Positions 18,810-28,728 of a stretch of 64,000 nucleotides of DNA are shown here, piece after piece. The stretch is from Synergistales bacterium. GTDB taxonomy: Bacteria > Synergistota > Synergistia > Synergistales > JAFGMB01. The notes beneath the pieces are model-generated. The model made no database searches. It saw only the letters and a list, made by a program, of their open reading frames with translations, and was not told where the DNA came from. A program made the translations under genes and the position numbers. How positions within the stretch are numbered: the first letter of the stretch is position 1; each line of letters starts with the position of its first letter. Location of the stretch: assembly GCA_963666205.1 (NCBI GenBank), contig OY762654.1:1920001-1984000 (forward strand), read 5' to 3'.

Positions 18810-20099
18810 ATGAGCAATTATGAGATGGGCAGACAATTTGCAGAAAAACTGGACATGAAAGATCCCCTAGCATCATTGAGGGATCGATTCTATATTCCCT
18901 CTGAAACGATATACATGGATGGTAATTCCCTTGGACTTGCTTCAAAAGACTCGGAGGAAAGTCTCTTGAGGGTTATGGAAGAGTGGAAAAAACTGGGGAT
19001 CAGGGGATGGCTTGATGCGAAAAATCCATGGTTCTTCATTCCGGAGGACCTTGGTTTTAAAATGGCATCTCTCATGGGTGCCATGACGGATGAAGTCATC
19101 ATGACAGGATCAACGACCGCCAACCTGCATTCGCTTGTTTCAACTTTTTACAAGCCCTGGGAGGGTCGAAAAAAGATCATAGCAGATGAACTCAATTTCC
19201 CCTCTGATATATATGCCCTTAAAAGCCAGATCCGCCTTCATGGACTGGATCCGGAAGAAAACCTGATACTTGTAAAAAGCCGGGATGGAAAGACCATCCT
19301 GGAAGAAGATATTATGGCTGCAATGGATGAAACTGTTTCTGTTGCAGTCCTTCCAGGAGTCCTTTACCGGAGCGGCCAGCTTCTTGATATGAAAAAGCTG
19401 ACGGAATATGCCCACAGCAGAGGAGTGATAATCGGATTCGACTGTGCTCATTCTGCGGGAGCTGTTCCACATTATCTTGATGATTGGGATGTGGATTTTG
19501 CCTTCTGGTGCAGCTATAAACATCTGAATGGAGGACCGGGTAGCCCTGCTTTCCTGTACCTGAACCGTAAACATTTCGATAAGGAGCCAGGGCTTGCAGG
19601 CTGGTATGGGTATAAAAAAGAAAAACAGTTCGACCTTGCCATAGAATTTGATCATTCCCGAACCGCGGGAGGCTGGCAGATGGGAACACCCTGTATTCTT
19701 TCCACAGCATCTCTGGAGGGTGCATTGAACCTCTTCTCCGAGGTGGGTATAGAAGAAGTGCGGAAAAAATCTCTTGAACTGACATCCTATCTTATGTACC
19801 TTGTGGATTCGCTGATCTCTAAAGAGCCCTACAATTTTACGATAGGAACTCCCCGGGAATCGGGGAGGAGAGGCGGCCACGTGGCAATAGAACATGCCGA
19901 AGAGGCCTGGCGGATCTGCTGTGCCCTTAAGGCAAGGGGTATAATTCCCGATTTCAGACCGGAATCTGTGGTACGTATAGCACCTGTGGCCCTTTACAAT
20001 ACTTTTACCGAAGTCTGGGAAGTGGTGAATGCCCTTAAAGAGATAATTGATAATAGAGAGTACGAAAAGTACAGCAGGGAAAGGGATGCCGTTTCCTGA
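18810..20099 (+). CDS. kynU: Kynureninase
   Basis: YMDGNSLG, NFPSDIY, FDCAHSAG, WCSYKHLNGGPG, DFRP, PVALYNTF. Confidence 0.95.
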   Translation: MSNYEMGRQFAEKLDMKDPLASLRDRFYIPSETIYMDGNSLGLASKDSEESLLRVMEEWKKLGIRGWLDAKNPWFFIPEDLGFKMASLMGAMTDEVIMTGSTTANLHSLVSTFYKPWEGRKKIIADELNFPSDIYALKSQIRLHGLDPEENLILVKSRDGKTILEEDIMAAMDETVSVAVLPGVLYRSGQLLDMKKLTEYAHSRGVIIGFDCAHSAGAVPHYLDDWDVDFAFWCSYKHLNGGPGSPAFLYLNRKHFDKEPGLAGWYGYKKEKQFDLAIEFDHSRTAGGWQMGTPCILSTASLEGALNLFSEVGIEEVRKKSLELTSYLMYLVDSLISKEPYNFTIGTPRESGRRGGHVAIEHAEEAWRICCALKARGIIPDFRPESVVRIAPVALYNTFTEVWEVVNALKEIIDNREYEKYSRERDAVS

Positions 20100-20123
20100 G
20101 ATCTGTTTTATTTTTTTCGGTTA

Positions 20124-20158
20124 AGGAGCGCATGCCTTCCGGGATGCGCTCCTTTTTT
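20124..20158 (+). terminator. Intrinsic terminator after kynU
   Basis: AAGGAGCGCAT/ATGCGCTCCTT stem plus T run. Confidence 0.82.
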
Positions 20159-20265
20159 ACAGGGATGGGCCAGTCAGGAGTAGAAGTCGGGAGCGCAATT
20201 ATGATACATTGCTCTGCAATGGTTTCTTTAAGGATTTTACCCGAGGGCATTTATGGAGGTACTGA

Positions 20266-21153
20266 ATGAAAGGCAGAATAAGAACCATCGCAGCTGATAT
20301 TCTTGCAATGATGAAACGCGAAAGATCGACCCTGGTTACTTCGACCCTGGGAACTCTTCTGATGTGTTTCGGAATAATGGCACTCACCATTCCCTACAGG
20401 TTCCCCGATACCGGGGTAACCGGTCTTGCAATACTGTCCAATTATGTATGGGGATTATCCCCGGCATGGATAATAGCTGTCCTGAATATTATTCTCTTCG
20501 TGTGGGGATGGCGCCAGCTCTCACCCCGTTTTATCCTGTGGACGATCTACGTTGTAGCCCTGACCACTGTGGGATTAAAACTCTTTGGCATGTTTGAGTA
20601 TCCTCTTATAGAAGAGACCCTTCTGGCGGCGATCCTTGGCGGAGTAATAAAGGGTCTGGGTATAGGCCTCGTTCTCCGGGATGGATCTTCAACGGGTGGA
20701 ACGGATATTGTTGCTGTAGCTTTGCGAAAGAGATATGGCGTAGATATCGGTATGTACAATTTCTATATCAACATTTTCATCCTTCTCGGGAGCTTTTTTG
20801 TTGTAGGTCTCGAAGGGGTTCTTTTTGGAGGAGTCATGCTTTACACTGAAGGCATTGTAATAGATAGCGTACTTCGTTCATTTGACAGGAGAAAACAGCT
20901 TTTCATTGTTACAGGTAAAGTAGAGAAAACAAAAAGGTTCATTATTGACGAGTTGGGCAAGGGAGCCACCCTTCTATGTGGTGAGGGTGCCTACTCGGGG
21001 AAAGATAAACCGGTTCTGATGTCCGTCCTCACGAGGCGGCAGATGGTGGAACTCAAACGGTTTCTTGCAGAAAACGATCCATCGGCCTTTGTCATTATTA
21101 CCGATGCGGCAGAGGTTGTTGGCGAGGGATTCCGGAGCTGGAAAGATATTTAG
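20266..21153 (+). CDS. YitT family membrane protein
   Basis: GVTGLA, GSSTGGTDI and C-terminal DPSAFVIITDAAEVVGEGF. Confidence 0.9.
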   Translation: MKGRIRTIAADILAMMKRERSTLVTSTLGTLLMCFGIMALTIPYRFPDTGVTGLAILSNYVWGLSPAWIIAVLNIILFVWGWRQLSPRFILWTIYVVALTTVGLKLFGMFEYPLIEETLLAAILGGVIKGLGIGLVLRDGSSTGGTDIVAVALRKRYGVDIGMYNFYINIFILLGSFFVVGLEGVLFGGVMLYTEGIVIDSVLRSFDRRKQLFIVTGKVEKTKRFIIDELGKGATLLCGEGAYSGKDKPVLMSVLTRRQMVELKRFLAENDPSAFVIITDAAEVVGEGFRSWKDI

Positions 21154-21245
21154 ATCTCTGCCTTTTCTCATGGGGCTGAGATCAGCTGAGCGTGGCGTTA
21201 TTTCCGGGTCTGGGAAGATCTTTATGACCCATTTTATTTATATCT

Positions 21246-22169
21246 CTATGCCTGCTGTCTCATTTTTCCAGAGACCATAAGGTTCTCGGTAGTATATATA
21301 ACCAGAGCTGTCCATATGCATCCAAAGGTTACGAACTGGGCAGGGGTAAAGGCTTCTCCATATGCGAATATTCCCAGGAGAAAGGAAATTGTGGGAGAGA
21401 GATATTGTAGAATTCCCACTGTTACAAGACTAAGTCTTTTTGCACCGTAGACGAAAGTGATAAGTGGAATTGAGGTAGCGATGCCCGTTCCCAGAAGAAG
21501 AAGATCTGTTTTAATCCCCAGGTCTCCCAATGCTCCCCCGCCATGAAATTCAAGAAGCCCCAGATAGATCAGGGCTGGAATTGAAAGAAACAGCGTTTCC
21601 ACAAATAACCCTACACTTGATTCGACTTCTGCCATCTTTCTCAAAAGACTGTAAGTGCCGAAGGTAAAGGCGAGCCCAAGGGAAACCCATGGCAGCTGTC
21701 CATATCTGAAAAGTTGATAAAGAACTCCCGATGCGGCTATTGCTATGGCAAGCCATTGAAGTTTGCGGAGACGATCCCTGAAAAAGAGAAAACCGAAAAA
21801 AACGTTTACCATAGGTGTTATGAAATACCCGAGACTTGCCTCGATGACCCTGTCTGAATTTACTGCCCAGATGTAAATAAGCCAGTTTCCACAGACAAGG
21901 GTTCCGGTGATGAGAAGCATCCTGAGGACTGAAGGAGTAGTGAGGGCCTTCGCGACTTTTCCCCATTTCTTCTGTACCGATAAAAGAAGGGCAAGGAAAA
22001 CCACTGACCATATTATCCTGTTGGCCAGTATCTCCAGGGGTGAAACCTTCTGGAGAAGTTTCCAGTAGGCTGGAAGGAAACCCCAGACGATAAAAGTTGC
22101 CATGGTCGCTATAAACCCTTTGAAGGACTGGCTCTCCGTTCTTTTCACCGGATGTTTCTCCTTTAGCAT
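21246..22169 (-). CDS. rarD: RarD (EamA family) permease
   Basis: WGFLPAYWK, NWLIYIWAVN, ASLGYFITP, GILQYLSPT. Confidence 0.9.
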   Translation of the reverse strand: MLKEKHPVKRTESQSFKGFIATMATFIVWGFLPAYWKLLQKVSPLEILANRIIWSVVFLALLLSVQKKWGKVAKALTTPSVLRMLLITGTLVCGNWLIYIWAVNSDRVIEASLGYFITPMVNVFFGFLFFRDRLRKLQWLAIAIAASGVLYQLFRYGQLPWVSLGLAFTFGTYSLLRKMAEVESSVGLFVETLFLSIPALIYLGLLEFHGGGALGDLGIKTDLLLLGTGIATSIPLITFVYGAKRLSLVTVGILQYLSPTISFLLGIFAYGEAFTPAQFVTFGCIWTALVIYTTENLMVSGKMRQQA

Positions 22170-22405
22170 GTCAAAAGTTTCTCTATTCTACACCATTATC
22201 TGATTTTCAACTCCTTCAAAATATGCCTGCTCGCAAAGCATTGATTTATCAATTCATAGTGATGTAGAATAACTTCATATGGGAGTTGGAAAAGTAAAAA
22301 AGATCTTTATTGTGTCTCTCCGTTATCCTGATCCAGTTGTTGATATCCCTCCCTTCCAGCCCGTTAGTGGCTCAGACAGAATAACAGGCATGGCGGTGGC
22401 ATCCC

Positions 22406-22624
22406 GTGATGGAGAGGTGGAGGGGGTTTCCTGTGGGATTTGTGATGATCGTTCCTCTTCTGATAGCTATTATTCTGTTATGGCCTATCTTTAAGGGTTC
22501 GGGAAGAAAGGAGTTCCCGATTTACAGGACTGAGACTGCCATTGATATTCTGAAGAAACGTTACGCCCGGGGAGAGATCACAAAAGAAGAGTTTCTGGAA
22601 ATGAAAAAGGATCTGGAGGAATAA
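22406..22624 (+). CDS. SHOCT domain membrane protein (possibly N-terminally decayed)
   Basis: TM followed by AIDILKKRYARGEITKEEF SHOCT motif. Confidence 0.75.
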   Translation: MMERWRGFPVGFVMIVPLLIAIILLWPIFKGSGRKEFPIYRTETAIDILKKRYARGEITKEEFLEMKKDLEE

Positions 22625-22719
22625 AAATCGGCCTTTCTGGAAGGATCAAATGGAAATACAGGTTGTTTTGCTATACTGATAAGCGGAATTATTACCGGGG
22701 ATAAAGGAAAACTTACAGA

Positions 22720-23049
22720 ATGGATAAAAAAGAAGGATTAACTCACAAGATCAGTATTTTGGGCTGGGGCCTGTTCCTTGTCTGGCTTGGTTTATTTCAG
22801 TGGATGCACTTCAGGATCGGTTTCTTTCTTCTGGGTTTAGGAACGATCATCCTGATCGTTCAGGCTTCCAGGAAATATTTTACCCTTAAACAGGAGAATT
22901 TCTGGATCGTGGCGGGGATCTTCTGCATTGTTGGCGGGCTATGGGACCTTATCGAAACGGATCTCCCCCTTGTGCCTCTGCTGCTTATAATCGCAGGTTT
23001 TGTCCTCATTCTTTCGGCTATCTGGGGTAGAGAGAGATTCCCTTTCTGA
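22720..23049 (+). CDS. Small 4-TM hypothetical membrane protein
   Basis: WGLFLVWLG and further hydrophobic segments; AAGGA RBS. Confidence 0.7.
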   Translation: MDKKEGLTHKISILGWGLFLVWLGLFQWMHFRIGFFLLGLGTIILIVQASRKYFTLKQENFWIVAGIFCIVGGLWDLIETDLPLVPLLLIIAGFVLILSAIWGRERFPF

Positions 23050-23144
23050 AATTTAAATCTTTCCCTGGATGTTGAGGATTAACCTGTTAACTGCCTTAAC
23101 TGTTGAATTCCCATTTCAGGGAGAAATAATCCTGGAGAAGTCAA

Positions 23145-24950
23145 ATGCGAAGAACAGCTTCTCTGAAGGCCATTTTTATAGTGCTCCTTTTCCTTTTTCT
23201 TCTTACGCCCTTGATGTGGGATTTTTCAGGGCCTGATGTCTTTCAGAAAACTCCCACATTCTACCGGGGAGATTATTCCTATGCCATTAATCATGCTGAA
23301 AACCGGATCAGTTATCTTATGACAGAATACCATCTGCCCTGTTTTGCCTTTGCCATGGTGGATGATCAGAAAGTCATCTATCAGGCTGTGAGTGGTTATA
23401 AGGATCTGCAGGAGGGGCTAATGGCCGACCTTGAAACGCTCTTTCGTGTATGTTCCATATCCAAGGTCTTTACAGCTATTGAAATAATGCGTCTCTACGA
23501 AGAAGGACTTGTCGATATTGATCTTCCCCTTTCGAAATATATTCCTTATTTTTCAATAAAAAGCCGTTTCAGGAATGAGGACCCTGTAACTCTCCGTAAA
23601 ATTCTTGCTCATCGTTCAGGTCTGCCCAGAAATGGCTGTCTGCTGCCCTGGCACTGGGATGGGCAGCCGAATGTTCTCGAAGATGTTGTCCGTTCACTGA
23701 AATATTCCTATATGGCATATCCACCGGGGTATAGGTACAAGTATTCAAATGTTGGATTCGACATTCTTGGTCATATTATCGAGAAAAAAAGAAAGAAATT
23801 GTTCCCTGAATATATGGACAGAGATGTATTGCCTGATATGGATATGGAGGAGAGCACATTCCTCCCTTTATCTGATGACATCGGCAGGATTGCCAGGGGT
23901 TACAGCTATGCTAAGGGGACCTTCTCCTCTTACGGTCGATATGAATTGAACCAGATGGCTTCGGCCAACCTCCACTCTACCATACCGGATATCTGTGATT
24001 TCATGCGTTTTATTTTCAGGAAGGGACAGGTCGGACAAGGGCAGCGAATAAAGGGGGAAACCCTGGAAATGATGTTTCAGCCCCAGTACTCCTGGCCTGG
24101 AGATCCCCACGAAAATGGTCTTGCCTGGCGGACAGACACTCATCGATTCTCGGAACTTACAGTTTTTCATCATGGAATATGTATGGGTACTCAGTCTCTT
24201 ATTGCACTGATGCCTGAAAAGAAACAGGGTATAGTTCTTATCTGTAACTCTTCCAGCATAGATGATTCCATTCTTCTTGAATTCGGATTTGAAATTCTGG
24301 GATTGATGTTGCAGACAATAGATGGAGTGCTTCCAAAGTCTGAATCAGGGCCCCAACCATCAGGTTCCCCTCAAACATCATCCGAAAAGGATCAATATGA
24401 AGGCAAATATTGTCTGGATGGTGAAATAATTGAACTTTTTATTAAAAGTGAAGATCTCAAAGTAAAGATCGAACCTGGAGAAATGGAATTGCTCCCACTG
24501 GAGGGGCGAAGGTTTTCACTGTCCAGTGATATGAGATCCCTTGAAAGGTTCGGGAAAATAGAAGTGGAGTTCTTCCTGGATGAGATTAGCAGAGACTGGA
24601 TGATGCATATTTTCAGGGGTGGAATGTATGTGGGTACTGCAATTAAATGTCCAGTTCTCGACGAGACCGCCCTTGAAAAATGGAGAAAACTTGAGGGGAA
24701 ATATGAGGCTTATCCCCGTTTTGAATCACGGTTTACAGGAGAGAAAAGATTCGGCCATGCTGAAATAATTTTAAAGGATAACTTTTTGCTATTGCCTTCC
24801 CACAGGGCTGTCCTGATGCCATTAAATGATATGGAGCTTGTTATAAAGGGAGGGCTCTTTGATGGAGAGACCATGCTTTATGACCCTGTTACAGGTTACA
24901 TAACCTGGCAGGATGTGGTCTATTTTCGACCAGGGAAAGAAAGACATTAA
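23145..24950 (+). CDS. Serine hydrolase, beta-lactamase class C/PBP-like family
   Basis: CSISK (SxxK), LAHRSGL, YKYSN, HHG; N-terminal signal anchor. Confidence 0.88.
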   Translation: MRRTASLKAIFIVLLFLFLLTPLMWDFSGPDVFQKTPTFYRGDYSYAINHAENRISYLMTEYHLPCFAFAMVDDQKVIYQAVSGYKDLQEGLMADLETLFRVCSISKVFTAIEIMRLYEEGLVDIDLPLSKYIPYFSIKSRFRNEDPVTLRKILAHRSGLPRNGCLLPWHWDGQPNVLEDVVRSLKYSYMAYPPGYRYKYSNVGFDILGHIIEKKRKKLFPEYMDRDVLPDMDMEESTFLPLSDDIGRIARGYSYAKGTFSSYGRYELNQMASANLHSTIPDICDFMRFIFRKGQVGQGQRIKGETLEMMFQPQYSWPGDPHENGLAWRTDTHRFSELTVFHHGICMGTQSLIALMPEKKQGIVLICNSSSIDDSILLEFGFEILGLMLQTIDGVLPKSESGPQPSGSPQTSSEKDQYEGKYCLDGEIIELFIKSEDLKVKIEPGEMELLPLEGRRFSLSSDMRSLERFGKIEVEFFLDEISRDWMMHIFRGGMYVGTAIKCPVLDETALEKWRKLEGKYEAYPRFESRFTGEKRFGHAEIILKDNFLLLPSHRAVLMPLNDMELVIKGGLFDGETMLYDPVTGYITWQDVVYFRPGKERH

Positions 24951-25065
24951 AGTAACCCCCGCCTGATCCCCTTACATTTTAAATTAAATAATCAATCTTT
25001 TTCCGCCCTTGAAATTCTGATAAAGTACTTCCATTAACCTTATATTTAAAAGGGTGGATGATAGA

Positions 25066-26349
25066 ATGTCAGCTTTAACTGCATTCAGAGGGCAGGTCCT
25101 TTACACCTCTGTTCCCGAGAAGTTCGAAACATTCGAGAAGGGTTATGTGATTGTCGAAGAGGGTAAGGTTCAAACTGTGGTTTCCACCCTGAGCGAAGAT
25201 CACAAAGCTGCTGAAATAGTGGATTTCGGAGATAAACTTCTTATTCCTTCATTTATGGATCTGCATATCCATGCTCCCCAGTATGCCTATAATGGACTGG
25301 GTATGGATGAAGAGCTTGTGGGATGGCTGGACAGATATGCCTTTCCCGAGGAAGCAAAGTTTTCCGACCCGGATTATGCAAGGAAGATCTACTCTAGAGT
25401 TGTTCACGACCTGTGGAAATATGGAAGTACAAGGGCAGTGGTCTTCGGGAGCCTTCACAAGGAGGCAACCAGGATCCTTCTGGATCTTCTGATTGAATCG
25501 GGTCTTGGAGGTTTCGTAGGAAAGGTCAACATGAACCGTAATTCCCCCGGTTTTCTTATTGAAACAACAGAACAGTCCCTTGCTGATACAGAAGAGATCG
25601 CCCGGGAGTATGCCAACAGATCCGATATGGTAAAACCCTGCATAACACCCCGTTTTATTCCCAGCTGTACCCTTGATCTTATGGAAGGTCTTGGAGATAT
25701 TGCGGAAAGATATAACCTTCCCGTACAGACCCATCTTTCTGAGGCCGTTGCAGAGGTGGAATGGTCCCGCCAGCTTCATCCTGAATTTGAGTATGACGGA
25801 GCGGTCTACGATCATTGCGGTCTCTTCGGCCAGACTCCTACCATAATGGCTCATTGTCTTTTCTGTCCCGAAGATGAGATCCGGATAATGGCTGAAAGGG
25901 GAATATTTGGAGTTCACTGTCCCTATGCCAACCTCAATGTTTCCGGAGGTATGATGCCCATGAGAAAGCTTCTTGATGCGGGTGTACCCGTAGGCCTTGG
26001 TTCCGACATTGCGGGAGGACACGTATTCTCCCTTTCGAATGTTATGAGTATGGCCGTTTGCATTTCCAAGATGGTCTGGCATCAGAGTGGGAAAAAATAT
26101 AAACCCCTTACAACGCCCGAAGCTTTCTATCTGGGGACCAAAAGTGGTGGATCCCTTTTCGGGAAAGTAGGCAGTTTTGAGCCCGGATATGAATTTGATG
26201 CCCTTGTAATAGATGATTCTGAACTTGGCGACAGTGGAAGAAGTCTTGAAGAGAGGCTTCAGAGATACATATATACCGGAGATGATCGCCAGATAGTAGA
26301 ACGTTACGTCAGGGGTAGAAAGATCAGGGAGCCGGAGATCGTTCATTAG
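25066..26349 (+). CDS. guaD: Guanine deaminase
   Basis: DLHIHAPQY, ITPRF, QTHLSE, MAHC, GLGSDIAGG, GDDR. Confidence 0.9.
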   Translation: MSALTAFRGQVLYTSVPEKFETFEKGYVIVEEGKVQTVVSTLSEDHKAAEIVDFGDKLLIPSFMDLHIHAPQYAYNGLGMDEELVGWLDRYAFPEEAKFSDPDYARKIYSRVVHDLWKYGSTRAVVFGSLHKEATRILLDLLIESGLGGFVGKVNMNRNSPGFLIETTEQSLADTEEIAREYANRSDMVKPCITPRFIPSCTLDLMEGLGDIAERYNLPVQTHLSEAVAEVEWSRQLHPEFEYDGAVYDHCGLFGQTPTIMAHCLFCPEDEIRIMAERGIFGVHCPYANLNVSGGMMPMRKLLDAGVPVGLGSDIAGGHVFSLSNVMSMAVCISKMVWHQSGKKYKPLTTPEAFYLGTKSGGSLFGKVGSFEPGYEFDALVIDDSELGDSGRSLEERLQRYIYTGDDRQIVERYVRGRKIREPEIVH

Positions 26350-26408
26350 CCCATGGGGCAAATATATCATAGAGAGAAAAACAGCATAATTTCGGGAGGA
26401 GAGTTCCA

Positions 26409-27494
26409 ATGAAGAAAGTTCTAGTTTTCGTTCTAGCAGTCATGTTAGTCGCAGTATCCTCTGTTGCATGGGCCGAGCTTAAGCCTATCCCCGAGGATAA
26501 GATCAAGGCAGCCTATCTTTTTGTAGGGCCCGTTGGAGATCATGGATACACCTATATGCATAATGCCGGGGCCATGGCAGCCCAGGAAGCCCATCCCGGT
26601 ATGACCACCTATACCGCAGAGTCAATTCCTGAGGGAGCAGAAGTGGGAAGGGTAATGCAGCAGTACATAAGGAAGGGTGTAAATGTTATCTTCAGTACAT
26701 CCTATGGTTATATGGATCCATTGCTTGAAGTGGCAAAACAGTATCCGGATCTTTATTTCATGCAGTGCGACCGCTACAAATATGCCGATAATGTGGGCAG
26801 CTATTACGGACGCATGTATGAAGCCTACTATCTTGCAGGTATGGCAGCCGGCAGAATGACAAAAAGCGATGTTCTCGGCTATGTAGGCGCTTTCCCCATT
26901 CCCGATATAATCGGAGAGATCAATGCCTTCATTCTTGGCGCAAGAAAGGTCAATCCGAAAGCCACATTAAAGGTTATATGGCTTTTTTCCTGGTATGACC
27001 CGGCAAAGGAATCAGAGGCAGGTCATGCCCTTATCGATTCCGGTGCTGACGTAATAAATATTCATGTTGATTCTGCCGCCATTGCAAAAATGGCTGAGGA
27101 AAAGGGTGTCTATGTCATAGGATGTAACAGTGACATGAGCAAGTTCGCCCCCACCAAACAGCTTACTGCTCAGGTCTGGAACTGGGGAGTCCTCTACAAC
27201 GAGATCATAGACAGGATAATTGACGGAACCTGGACTACAGAAGAGATCCTTATGGGAATGAAGGAAGGGGCTGTCCAGCTTGCTCCCTTCTCGCCGGAGG
27301 TTCCACAGGATGTGATAGACATTGTTGAAGCGGAGAAAGAGAAGATCATAAGCGGCGAATGTACCGTATTTGACGGTCCTCTCATTGACCAGTCGGGCAA
27401 TGTCGTACTTGAAGAGGGTAAATCTTTAAGTTATAAGGAAATCCACTCCATTCATTATTTCCTGGAAGGTGTGGAGGGGACCATCCCCCAGTAA
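26409..27494 (+). CDS. BMP family ABC substrate-binding protein (purine nucleoside-like)
   Basis: GPVGDHGYTYMH, STSYGYMD, SWYDPAKE; signal peptide; follows guaD. Confidence 0.9.
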   Translation: MKKVLVFVLAVMLVAVSSVAWAELKPIPEDKIKAAYLFVGPVGDHGYTYMHNAGAMAAQEAHPGMTTYTAESIPEGAEVGRVMQQYIRKGVNVIFSTSYGYMDPLLEVAKQYPDLYFMQCDRYKYADNVGSYYGRMYEAYYLAGMAAGRMTKSDVLGYVGAFPIPDIIGEINAFILGARKVNPKATLKVIWLFSWYDPAKESEAGHALIDSGADVINIHVDSAAIAKMAEEKGVYVIGCNSDMSKFAPTKQLTAQVWNWGVLYNEIIDRIIDGTWTTEEILMGMKEGAVQLAPFSPEVPQDVIDIVEAEKEKIISGECTVFDGPLIDQSGNVVLEEGKSLSYKEIHSIHYFLEGVEGTIPQ

Positions 27495-27517
27495 AAGACC
27501 TTTTTCACAGAATCTTG

Positions 27518-27546
27518 AAGCCACCCTCACCCGGGTGGCTTTTTTG
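27518..27546 (+). terminator. Intrinsic terminator
   Basis: AAGCCACCC/GGGTGGCTT stem plus T run. Confidence 0.82.
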
Positions 27547-27634
27547 TTGCATTGCTGGTTGCTATGTCATATATTTAAAGCATGAAATAACAATTATTGA
27601 TCTCAATAAGCTGTTCAACTGAAAGAGGGTGAAA

Positions 27635-28702
27635 ATGATAAAACATTCCAGAAAACCGTCGAAATCAAGGTATGGTCTGCCTCCGGGATCACTTATCCAT
27701 GTTGGCGAGAGAAAGATCGAAGAGGTGGAGATATCCTTCATAGATTACGACGGACAGACCATTAATGAAGAGCAGATAGAGCATATACATGAAGCAGCCC
27801 GTTTTCGGGAAACAGATACAGTGAGCTGGATCAATATCAACGGTCTTCACGAAATAGGAGTACTGGAAAACATAGGTAAGATCTTTGACATACATTCCCT
27901 GGTGCTTGAAGACATTCTGAATACTCAGCAGAGGCCAAAGATCGAGTCTTATGAAGGATACCTGCACATGGTTCTCAAGATGCTGGATTATAATCCTGAT
28001 TCAATGGAGATAGCTTCGGAACAGGTAAGCGTGATACTGAAAAACAATCTTCTTCTATCCTTCCAGGAGCGTCCCGGAGATGTTCTGGATCCCATAAGGG
28101 AGAGGCTTAAAAAGGGTCTTGGAAAGATCAGGAGATCCGGAGCAGATTACCTCGCCTATGCCATAGTGGATGCAATTGTGGACAGGTATTTTTATATCCT
28201 GGAGATGCTGGGCGAAAGGATAGAGATCCTTGAAGAAGCATTACTTGCCGATCCATCAAAGGATTCTGTTAAGGAGATATATAAACTGAAACGCCAGCTT
28301 ATAACCCTGAGGCATGCGGTATGGCCCCTGCGGGAGGCAGTGAATTCTCTTAGAAAAGGTGAAAGTGAGCTTGTTCAGGAAGGAACTCTCATATTTTTTG
28401 GAGACCTCCATGACCATATCATCCAGGTCATTGATACCGTTGAAAATTACCGTGAAATGGTGGCCGGTCTTCTCGACCTCTACCTTTCCTCCGTCAGCAA
28501 CAGGATGAACGAGGTTATGAAGGTCCTGACCATTATTGCTACCTTCTTTATCCCCCTTACTTTTATAGCAGGGATCTATGGTATGAATTTCAAATTCATG
28601 CCGGAACTGGGATGGAAGTGGTCCTATCCTGTCCTTTGGGTGGTCATGATAATTATTGCTGGTTTTATGGGCTCCTGGTTCAGAAAGAAAAAATGGTTAT
28701 GA
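27635..28702 (+). CDS. corA: Magnesium/cobalt transporter CorA
   Basis: GLPPGSL N-terminus, MNEVMKVLT, GIYGMNF (GMN), MPEL. Confidence 0.96.
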   Translation: MIKHSRKPSKSRYGLPPGSLIHVGERKIEEVEISFIDYDGQTINEEQIEHIHEAARFRETDTVSWININGLHEIGVLENIGKIFDIHSLVLEDILNTQQRPKIESYEGYLHMVLKMLDYNPDSMEIASEQVSVILKNNLLLSFQERPGDVLDPIRERLKKGLGKIRRSGADYLAYAIVDAIVDRYFYILEMLGERIEILEEALLADPSKDSVKEIYKLKRQLITLRHAVWPLREAVNSLRKGESELVQEGTLIFFGDLHDHIIQVIDTVENYREMVAGLLDLYLSSVSNRMNEVMKVLTIIATFFIPLTFIAGIYGMNFKFMPELGWKWSYPVLWVVMIIIAGFMGSWFRKKKWL

Positions 28703-28728
28703 AAAAGAACTGATTCATCCTAGCATGT

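Noticed and set aside
23145-24950. Calling the serine hydrolase a true beta-lactamase resistance gene
   Set aside because: SxxK/YxN motifs are shared by many esterases and peptidases, and the long C-terminal extension is unlike AmpC.
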